Positions 56,899 to 64,000 of a DNA stretch of 64,000 nt are shown here, piece by piece; positions within the stretch are counted from its first letter, which is position 1, and each line of letters opens with the position of its first letter. The position numbers were made by a program, and so were the translations under genes. The notes below the pieces were generated by a model. It saw only the letters and a list, made by a program, of their open reading frames with translations, did no database searches and was not told the DNA's origin. The stretch comes from Chloroflexota bacterium (GTDB taxonomy: Archaea; Iainarchaeota; Iainarchaeia; Iainarchaeales; GCA-2688035), in assembly GCA_017610335.1 (NCBI GenBank), contig JAFCCG010000001.1:13869-77868 (forward strand). Direction: 5' to 3'.

Positions 56899-57885
56899 AT
56901 GGCAGAGAATGAAACTTTTTGGAAGGAAAAAAAGGTGCTGGTTACAGGCGCAGACGGCTTTATTGGCTCGCATTTGACCGAAGCCCTTTTGGATAAGGGA
57001 GCAGAAACAAGCATTTTTATCAAAGGAGACAGTCAAAACACATTTAAGAAAAACAGGCTTGGAAACCTTGACGCAGTGCAAGACAAGCTTTCAAAGGTAA
57101 TAAAAGGAAACATTGGAAGCGAAGACTGCCAACAACAAATTAAAGATAATGACCCGGAAATAATATTTCATTTGGCTGCAGAAGCCTATGTCCCATTTTC
57201 TTTTGACCACCCTCTTGAAACACTTAAAACCAACCTTATTGGAACATTGAATGTTTTGCACGCAGCACGCGATTTGAAAAATATAAAACAAATTGTTTGC
57301 ACAAGCAGCAGTGAAGTTTATGGAACTGCAATGAAAGACAAAATTGATGAAGAGCATCCGCTTAATCCAACTTCACCTTATGCAGCTTCAAAGGCGGCAG
57401 CAGACAGATACTGTTACAGTTATTGGAAAACTTATGGATTGCCAATAGCAATCATCAGGCCGTTTAACACATATGGCCCAAGGCACACTTATGACGTGAT
57501 TCCAAAGTTTATACAGCTTGCGTTGGAAAACAAGCCTTTGACAATTTACGGAGATGGAAACCAAAGCCGTGACTTTACTTATGTAATTGACACTGTTGAA
57601 GGTTTTCTTACAATGGGCAGCAGAAAAGAGGCAATTGGCAAAGCGGTTAATTTTGGAAGCGGAAAAGATTACACAATCAACGAAACAAGCAAACTGATTA
57701 AGAAATTAAGCGAAAGCACTTCTGAAATAATACACGAAAAGGAAAGACCTGCCGAAGTAAACAGACTTATCTGCGATTATGGGCTTGCAAAAAAACTATT
57801 TGGATGGGAACCCAAAATAAGCCTTGAAGAAGGATTGAGAAGGAATATTGAATGGGAAAAGCAAAGGTTGACAAAACAGCAATAG
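56899..57885 (+). CDS. NAD-dependent sugar epimerase/dehydratase
   Basis: VTGADGFIGSHL...YAASKAAAD. Confidence 0.75.
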   Translation: MAENETFWKEKKVLVTGADGFIGSHLTEALLDKGAETSIFIKGDSQNTFKKNRLGNLDAVQDKLSKVIKGNIGSEDCQQQIKDNDPEIIFHLAAEAYVPFSFDHPLETLKTNLIGTLNVLHAARDLKNIKQIVCTSSSEVYGTAMKDKIDEEHPLNPTSPYAASKAAADRYCYSYWKTYGLPIAIIRPFNTYGPRHTYDVIPKFIQLALENKPLTIYGDGNQSRDFTYVIDTVEGFLTMGSRKEAIGKAVNFGSGKDYTINETSKLIKKLSESTSEIIHEKERPAEVNRLICDYGLAKKLFGWEPKISLEEGLRRNIEWEKQRLTKQQ

Positions 57886-58442
57886 TTGATGAGGGCTGCC
57901 AGATAGGTGAAGGCACAAAAATATGGGCCTTTGTCCAGGTTGGAAAAGAGGCAATTGTGGGCAAAAACTGTGTTTTGGGCAACGGAAGCTTTGTAGACAG
58001 AGCAGCAAAAATTGGAGACAATGTAAAGCTTATGAACAAAGCTCAGGTTTTCAGGGGATGCGAGGTTGGAAACAATGTTTTTATTGGTCCGGGAGCAGTT
58101 CTTGCAAATGACAAAAATCCAAAATCCAATGCTGAAAGAAAATTCAAAGGTTATGAATGGAAAATCGGAAACAATGTTTCAATTGGGGCAAACAGCGTAA
58201 TTTTACCAGATGTAAACATTGGAGAATTTGCAGTTGTTGGCGCAGGAAGTGTTGTCACAAAAGATGTTCCCAAGCATGGTCTTGTTTATGGAAATCCTGC
58301 AAAGTTATGTGGTTTTGCATGCAAGTGCGGAAAAAGAATGCAGTTAATGCAAGAGGGGCAGGAAAAGGCAGTGCTTGAATGTAAAAAATGTGGTGAAATG
58401 CTTTCAATGCCAATGAAAACATTCAGGCAAGCAACAGAATAA
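57852..58442 (+). CDS. Hexapeptide-repeat (left-handed beta-helix) acyl/acetyltransferase with C-terminal Cys4 ribbon
   Basis: Repeating [LIV]G.N..IG hexads. C-terminal CKCGK...CKKCGE. Confidence 0.65.
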   Translation: MGKAKVDKTAIVDEGCQIGEGTKIWAFVQVGKEAIVGKNCVLGNGSFVDRAAKIGDNVKLMNKAQVFRGCEVGNNVFIGPGAVLANDKNPKSNAERKFKGYEWKIGNNVSIGANSVILPDVNIGEFAVVGAGSVVTKDVPKHGLVYGNPAKLCGFACKCGKRMQLMQEGQEKAVLECKKCGEMLSMPMKTFRQATE

Positions 58443-58453
58443 AGGCGATTTTT

Positions 58454-59620
58454 ATGCAGGAAAAGAATAGCTTTGACAAGGCAAAGGAATGGATTTTGGA
58501 TTCAGGCATTCAGGAAAGCAATGGAGCAATCTGCGCATGGCATGATTTGGACAAGGACAAAAATTCTTTTGAATACAGTGAAATTACAGGTTATGGAATT
58601 ACCGCATTTGTTTTTTTGGACAGTGTAAAAAAGGATGAAAGAGTTTTTGAAAAGGTTGGAAAATTGGACGAAGGACTTTTTGAAAAGGCTGAAAAGGCAA
58701 GGAAATGGCTTGAGACAAAAGCCATTACAAAGAAAGGCGCTGTTCTTGCAAGAAATTACAGGAAATGGGAGCAGGCAAATGAAAATTTTTCATTCCATGG
58801 CGGAAACTGCTTTGCCTTTGATGCAGGAATGGTATTAAACGGACTTGTAAATCAATACAACGCTGTGAAAAAAAAGGAAATTTTAGACCTTGCCTTAAAA
58901 ATTGGCGGCTTTTTGGCCGAAACGATGATGGAAAGCGGAAAAATGAACGCGGTTTACAATGCCAACACAGGAAAAGTGCTTGGGCAGGAAGACAAATGGA
59001 GTGCACAGCCTGGAAGCTATCATGCAAAAGTCGCAATAGGATTGTTTGGTCTTAAAAAAATAACAGGCGAACAAAAATTTGAAAATGCTGCAAGAGAATT
59101 GTGCGAATTTGCTTTGGAAAAACAATTGCCTGAAGGAAACTTTGAGACAAATTCAATAAGCAAAAGCACGCATCTGCATCCGCACTGCTATTCGGCTGAA
59201 GGGCTTTTGTTTGCGGGAAAATTCTTGAAAGAGGACAGGTTTGTTGACGCAGCTGAAAAAGCAACTGCGTGGGCAATGGCAAACCAGCAGGAAAACGGCG
59301 GAATAAATGCGTTTTATAACGGGAAATGGAACCAGAGCCAGAGAAGTGATGTACTTGCACAAGTGCTAAGGCTTGCATCAGCCCTAAAAGCAATGGGAAA
59401 GCTCAAAGAGGTTCCGGAAGAAAAGCTTTCAAGGCTTAGGGAAAGAATTTTGGAATTCCAGCATGAAAGCGGAGGTTTTTTGTACGGGACAGAATTGGAC
59501 CTTTTAAAAAAAAACTGCGTTAATGCATGGTGTACAATGTTTGCACTGCAGGCATTGCAATGGCATAATATAAGTAAGGGGCAAAATGCAGGGAAAATGA
59601 ATTTTGAACAGATCATATAG
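58454..59620 (+). CDS. Hypothetical alpha/alpha-toroid-like protein with QxxxGG(F/W) repeats
   Basis: QENGGINAFYNGKW and QHESGGFLYG resemble prenyltransferase/squalene-cyclase-type repeats. Function unknown. Confidence 0.3.
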   Translation: MQEKNSFDKAKEWILDSGIQESNGAICAWHDLDKDKNSFEYSEITGYGITAFVFLDSVKKDERVFEKVGKLDEGLFEKAEKARKWLETKAITKKGAVLARNYRKWEQANENFSFHGGNCFAFDAGMVLNGLVNQYNAVKKKEILDLALKIGGFLAETMMESGKMNAVYNANTGKVLGQEDKWSAQPGSYHAKVAIGLFGLKKITGEQKFENAARELCEFALEKQLPEGNFETNSISKSTHLHPHCYSAEGLLFAGKFLKEDRFVDAAEKATAWAMANQQENGGINAFYNGKWNQSQRSDVLAQVLRLASALKAMGKLKEVPEEKLSRLRERILEFQHESGGFLYGTELDLLKKNCVNAWCTMFALQALQWHNISKGQNAGKMNFEQII

Positions 59621-60748
59621 GTGTTTTTTTTGGAAGAAAAGATTGCAATAGTTTTTGGAACAAGACCTGAAATAATAAAACTGACCCCAGTGATTAAACA
59701 CTGTCGAAATGAAGGAATCCCTTTTTTTACCGTGCACAGCGGCCAGCATTATTCCTATGAAATGGACAGGATTTTCTTTGAACAGCTTGGTCTTAAAAGA
59801 CCTGATTACCAGCTTTCTGTCAAAAGCAAAGCGCCCTATATGCAGGGCCAGCATACAGGTAAGATGATGGAAGCAATAGAAAAAATATTACTAAAAGAAA
59901 AGCCAACTAATGTTCTTGCTGAAGGCGACACAAACACTGTTCTTGCAACCGCGCTGGTAACCGCAAAAATTGCAACAGTAAAACAGCTTGTTGACTTTTC
60001 TACAAAATTCGGCCATGTGGAAGCATGCCTTCGCTCTTATGACAAAACAATGCCTGAGGAAATGAACCGAATTATTGCAGACCACATTTCAGATTACCTT
60101 TTTGCGCCAACAAAGGACGCAAAGCAAAATGCATTAAAGGAAGGATTAAGTGAAGAAAAGATTTTTGTTACAGGAAATACTATTGTTGATGCCTTGAAGA
60201 TGGTTGAAGGCAAAATTGAGGATGTAAATTCTTTGAAGAAAATGGAACTTGAAGAAAAAAATTATGCATTACTTACTTTGCATAGGCAGGAAAATGTTGA
60301 CGTCAAGGAAAAATTGCAGTCAATAATAAAAGGCGTTTCGGGCTTTTGTAAAAAAGCAGGGATTGAAGCAATTTGGCCAATGCATCCAAGAGCAAAAAAA
60401 ATGCTTGAACAGTATAACATTACAGTTCCTGAAAAAATCAGAGTGGTAAAGCCTCTTGGATTTTTTGAATTTTTGTCGCTTGAAAAAAATGCTGCCATTG
60501 CATTAACTGACAGCGGAGGGGTGCAGGAGGAAAGCTGCATTTTTGGAACAAAGTGCGTAACACTCAGGGAAAACACAGAAAGGCCTGAAACAGTTGCTAT
60601 AGGGGCAAACGTTGTTGCAGGATGGCAAGAGAATGGAATTGTGGAAAAGGCAACAGAAATGCTTGAAGGAAAGACCGAATGGAAGCAGCCTTTTGGAGAC
60701 GGGAAAGCAGGCGAAAAAATTGTAAAAATATTGATTAAGGGAAAATAA
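59621..60748 (+). CDS. wecB: UDP-N-acetylglucosamine 2-epimerase (non-hydrolysing)
   Basis: IAIVFGTRPEIIKL...HSGQHY...GDTNT. Confidence 0.85.
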   Translation: MFFLEEKIAIVFGTRPEIIKLTPVIKHCRNEGIPFFTVHSGQHYSYEMDRIFFEQLGLKRPDYQLSVKSKAPYMQGQHTGKMMEAIEKILLKEKPTNVLAEGDTNTVLATALVTAKIATVKQLVDFSTKFGHVEACLRSYDKTMPEEMNRIIADHISDYLFAPTKDAKQNALKEGLSEEKIFVTGNTIVDALKMVEGKIEDVNSLKKMELEEKNYALLTLHRQENVDVKEKLQSIIKGVSGFCKKAGIEAIWPMHPRAKKMLEQYNITVPEKIRVVKPLGFFEFLSLEKNAAIALTDSGGVQEESCIFGTKCVTLRENTERPETVAIGANVVAGWQENGIVEKATEMLEGKTEWKQPFGDGKAGEKIVKILIKGK

Positions 60749-60776
60749 TCAAAATAAAAAAAGAAAAATTAAAAAA

Positions 60777-61652
60777 TTGAAAAGGAAAATGATTGAAATG
60801 AAAGGGCTGAAACAATTCAATGGACACAAAGGAATTTTTGCATTCAGAATAGACCTTGATTTTTTTCACCCAAAACATGTTGAAAAAACCTTGGAGGCTG
60901 CAGAAAAGCACTGGATTAAAATGACCTGGTTTGTGAACATGGAAACAGGCCAATTTCACGAACGCGAAATAAAAAGAATTGCAAAAACGCAGGATGTGCA
61001 AAATCACGGCTTTTTGCACGAAACATTCAAAAACAGCGAAAAAAATTTGGAAAACATAATGAAAGCGGACAAATTGCTGCAGGAAATGGATATTAAATGC
61101 AGTAGCTTTGCAGCACCGTTTGGCTTTTGGAACAAAGAACTTGGCAAAGCATTGGAAAAAACAGGCTATGAATACAGCAGCGAATTCAGGGAAGGAAAAA
61201 GCATATTCCCCTTTTACCCAAATACCGGGGAAAAAAAGGCAAGGGTTCTTCAAGTTCCGATTCATCCAATCTGCCTTGGCAATCTTTTTGAATCAGGCTA
61301 CAATGAAAAAGAGGCAATTGAATATTTTGGCAAAATAATTAAACTGCTTTACGAAAAACAAGTTCCAATATTTTTATATGGGCATCCGACAGGAAGATTG
61401 GGAGCATATCCAAAAGTGCTTGAAAAGATTTTTGAAAAAGTTAATGAACTTGATGACATTTGGTTCACAAACCTGACAGATTATGCAGGCTTTTGGAAAA
61501 AGAAAAAGTTTAAGCAAAGGGAAACAGGATGGGACGAACACAATGTTTTTGTAGAAGACAAAAAAAGCAAACGCAAGAAAATAAAGGCATTTTACAAGGG
61601 GCAGTTGATGCGCGTTGAAAAGAAAAAGATTTCAAAGAGGCTGCATAAATGA
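60777..61652 (+). CDS. Putative polysaccharide deacetylase-like protein
   Basis: FRIDLD and NHGFLHE motifs vaguely CE4-like. Low certainty. Confidence 0.35.
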   Translation: MKRKMIEMKGLKQFNGHKGIFAFRIDLDFFHPKHVEKTLEAAEKHWIKMTWFVNMETGQFHEREIKRIAKTQDVQNHGFLHETFKNSEKNLENIMKADKLLQEMDIKCSSFAAPFGFWNKELGKALEKTGYEYSSEFREGKSIFPFYPNTGEKKARVLQVPIHPICLGNLFESGYNEKEAIEYFGKIIKLLYEKQVPIFLYGHPTGRLGAYPKVLEKIFEKVNELDDIWFTNLTDYAGFWKKKKFKQRETGWDEHNVFVEDKKSKRKKIKAFYKGQLMRVEKKKISKRLHK

Positions 61653-62560
61653 AGCCTGTAAAAAAAGGGCTTGTTTCAATTGTTATCCTAAATTGGGATG
61701 GCCTAAACGACATAAAGGGCTGCATCAAGTCAATTCAGGAAAAAACAGCCTACAAGCCTTATGAAATGATTGTTGTTGACAATGGAAGCAAGGACGGCAG
61801 CGTTCCATGGCTTAAAAAAATGGAAAAAAAAGGGATAATCAACAAGCTTGTGATCAACAAGAAAAATGTTGGCTTTGGACCAGGCAACAACCAGGGAATA
61901 GCAATTGCTTCTGGCGAATACGTTTTTCTCCTTAATAATGACACATTTGTCACAAAAAACTGGCTCAAAAAAATAGTTAAGGTTGCAGAAAGCTATCCGG
62001 AAGTTGGAATTGTAGGACCGCATTTTCCAACAATTGATACCCCAGACATAATCTACGGCGCAGGATATATTGACGACGCAGGAAGAGCCTACAATTTGTT
62101 CAACATAAACGATAGCTACACAGAACAGATAAGCGGAGGAGCCTTTCTGATAAAAAGGGAAGTAATTGACAAGATTGGATTCTTTGACAAGGGCTTTGCG
62201 CCAATCTACTTTGAGGAAACAGATTACTGCGGAAGGGCAAGAAAAGCCGGGTTTAAAATTCTTTTCACGCCAAAAAGCAAAATCCTTCACAATGAAAGCG
62301 CTTCAACAAAAAAGCAGACAAGCAAATGGAGGTTTGTGACAATAAACAAGAACAGGCAGCGTTATATGCTTATACATTTTCAAAAAGGCAGGCTGCTAAA
62401 GGGATTTGTCTGGGAAATGCTTAGGTTTGGAAAAGACCTCTCAAAAATGAGGGGCCACTGGCTTATTGAAAGCTGGCTAATCAACCTGTACCATTTTCCA
62501 GAAATTGTCAAAAAAAGAGTTGACTACAAAAAAGGCAACGTGTGGATGGGGGCAGACTAA
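61649..62560 (+). CDS. GT2 glycosyltransferase
   Basis: VSIVILNWDG...YEMIVVDNGSKDGS...NNDT. Confidence 0.75.
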   Translation: MKPVKKGLVSIVILNWDGLNDIKGCIKSIQEKTAYKPYEMIVVDNGSKDGSVPWLKKMEKKGIINKLVINKKNVGFGPGNNQGIAIASGEYVFLLNNDTFVTKNWLKKIVKVAESYPEVGIVGPHFPTIDTPDIIYGAGYIDDAGRAYNLFNINDSYTEQISGGAFLIKREVIDKIGFFDKGFAPIYFEETDYCGRARKAGFKILFTPKSKILHNESASTKKQTSKWRFVTINKNRQRYMLIHFQKGRLLKGFVWEMLRFGKDLSKMRGHWLIESWLINLYHFPEIVKKRVDYKKGNVWMGAD

Positions 62561-63624
62561 TGCAGGTAAAATATGCCAAAACAATTGAAGAAATAAAAAG
62601 TCTTGAAAACCCCTGGAATGAACTGATTAAGGAAAGTGGGCAAAAAACAATGTTCGCCTCCTTTGACTGGGTTGTTTCATGGTTTGAATGCAACAAAAAC
62701 AGCAAGCCATTTATTCTGACAGCATGGAACAAAGAAAAATTGAGCGGAATCGCCACACTTTGCCTTGAAGAAAACCGCCTCTGCTTTGCAGCACAGACTT
62801 ACTCGGCAAATCTTGACTTTGTTGCAAGAAAAGGCCTGGAACAAGAAGCAAGCAAGGCAATTGCTAAAGAAATTTTTAAAAACAGGAAATGGAAAACAAT
62901 CAGGTTTTTGCACCTTGCAAACAACCCAATTTTCGTTGAAGCAATGGAAAAAGAGGCAAAGAAAGACAGCTTTGTTGTAAGAAAAAGTATGGGAGAGCCG
63001 ACAAATGTAATAAGCCTTCTTGGAACAGAAAATGACTTTTTTGCATCATTGAAGAGAACAAAAAGAAAGCATTTGCGGAACCAGCTCAACAAGTTTGGAA
63101 AAACACTGAATGTTGAAACAAAATTCTGGGAAAAAGAAGAGTTTGAAAAGGCATGGGACAAGTTTTTTGAACTTCATGGAAAAAACATGGATTTAAGGCA
63201 GACAAAAAGCATTCTGCAGGAACCGTGGTTTCAATGCTTTTACAAAAAGGCTGCAGAAAAAGCATTGGGAAAAAAAAGGCTCTGGCTAATGGGACTAATA
63301 ATTGACGGAAAAGAAGCCGCAATCCTTTATGGGATAGTATTCGGAAAAACATTCAACGCATTGAATATGGGCTTTGACGCAAAGCTTGCAAAAGGACACA
63401 GTCTTGGCAAGATTCTTTTGCTTAAGGCAATAAAGCCATGCTGTGAAAAAGGCATTAAAACATACGACCTGCTTCCGGGAAGCCCTAAGTACAAAAGTAT
63501 GATTGGAACCAGGAAAAAAGGCGGAATGCAATTTGAAGTCTTTGGAACACCTGCAGAAGCATTGGTTCACAGTATTAAAGTCAAGGCAAAGGGGACAGGA
63601 AAAAAGATTCTGGGAAGGATTTAA
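62560..63624 (+). CDS. FemAB/BioF2-like GNAT-fold acyltransferase (Acetyltransf_6-like)
   Basis: About 350 aa with an internal duplicated GNAT-like fold. Similar architecture to CelD/FemAB-family proteins in polysaccharide loci. Confidence 0.45.
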   Translation: MQVKYAKTIEEIKSLENPWNELIKESGQKTMFASFDWVVSWFECNKNSKPFILTAWNKEKLSGIATLCLEENRLCFAAQTYSANLDFVARKGLEQEASKAIAKEIFKNRKWKTIRFLHLANNPIFVEAMEKEAKKDSFVVRKSMGEPTNVISLLGTENDFFASLKRTKRKHLRNQLNKFGKTLNVETKFWEKEEFEKAWDKFFELHGKNMDLRQTKSILQEPWFQCFYKKAAEKALGKKRLWLMGLIIDGKEAAILYGIVFGKTFNALNMGFDAKLAKGHSLGKILLLKAIKPCCEKGIKTYDLLPGSPKYKSMIGTRKKGGMQFEVFGTPAEALVHSIKVKAKGTGKKILGRI

Positions 63625-63680
63625 TTTTGAAAAAAAATAGAAATAAAATACACAGCAAAAAAGGCAGCGGAGCAAAAGCA

Positions 63681-64000
63681 ATGAAGAAAATTTTGTTCAA
63701 CACTTCACCAGGCTCTTTTAAAAGCCCGGGTGGAGGGGAAATACTATTGCTTAAAACAAAAAAAGGCCTGAAAAAGCTTGGCTTTGAAGTAAAAATTCTT
63801 GAAAAGCAAGGCTATGGCATTGATTTTTCTGAATTTGACCTGTTTCACAACTTCAACATTCACAGTGACAATTACGGCTTTGTAATGCAGGCAAAGAAGG
63901 CAGGAATTCCAATTGCTGTGAGCACAATTTACTGGCCCTCGCTTAAAAGCGCGGTGAAATGGAACAAAGGGATAAAAGGAAAAGGAAAGGCTGTTGCAGC
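63681..64000 (+). CDS. GT4-like glycosyltransferase, N-terminal part (runs off window)
   Basis: MKKILFNTSPGSFKSPGGGEILLLKT is a GT-B N-domain start. Confidence 0.5.
   Translation, partial: MKKILFNTSPGSFKSPGGGEILLLKTKKGLKKLGFEVKILEKQGYGIDFSEFDLFHNFNIHSDNYGFVMQAKKAGIPIAVSTIYWPSLKSAVKWNKGIKGKGKAVA

Noticed and set aside
1-64000. TGA as a sense codon (alternative genetic code) to explain the in-frame TGA at 24084
   Set aside because: TGA is used as a true terminator in this window (pyrB/pyrC ATGA overlap, Alg14-like/Alg13-like ATGA overlap, GT2/GT4 overlap at 55723). Products would be aberrant if TGA were read through.

Overview
This window is an AT-rich (about 35% GC), densely packed stretch of an archaeal chromosome. 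The archaeal assignment rests on a TBP gene, a secE-spt5-L11-L1-P0-P1 ribosomal operon, L10e, L21e-rpoF-DUF655-ksgA, a eukaryote-like 5S rRNA, AglB/STT3 and a free-standing ThrRS editing domain. A DPANN-like lineage is an inference from composition and from the many Lys/Glu-rich protein tails.

First half (1-35.8 kb): housekeeping genes. These are a partial SMC, the ribosomal-protein operon, ftsZ, a dispersed pyrimidine set (pyrD, pyrK, pyrB, pyrC, pyrE), an eIF-2B-family (ribose-1,5-bisphosphate isomerase-like) gene, AMP phosphorylase, TBP, a 5S rRNA and L10e. Three type II/IV toxin-antitoxin modules (VapBC, RelBE-like, AbiEi/AbiEii) are interspersed. There are also a tandem pair of GT2-like paralogs sharing a 90-bp identical 5' block, an IS-transposase remnant, and two disrupted genes: an in-frame TGA in a LOG/TIGR00725-family gene and a frameshifted ksgA.

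Second half (35.8-64 kb): one uninterrupted, same-strand, roughly 28-kb glycosylation super-cluster. It contains AglB, GPT (Alg7-like) and Alg14/Alg13-like genes, eight or more GT2/GT4/GT-C glycosyltransferases, a flippase-like gene, RmlA/RmlB, several epimerases/dehydratases, WecB, acetyltransferases, O-methyltransferases and a B12-radical-SAM::FkbM-methyltransferase fusion.

Most notable observations:
- The VapBC and AbiE cassettes each sit directly 3' of a host gene (ftsZ; 5S rRNA). Each is flanked by imperfect direct repeats of that gene's 3' end, the signature of site-specific integration, yet neither contains an integrase.
- A 5.65-copy 20-bp tandem repeat lies in the ftsZ upstream region.

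No CRISPR array or tRNA was detected. All homology statements come from reading motifs by eye; no database search was run.
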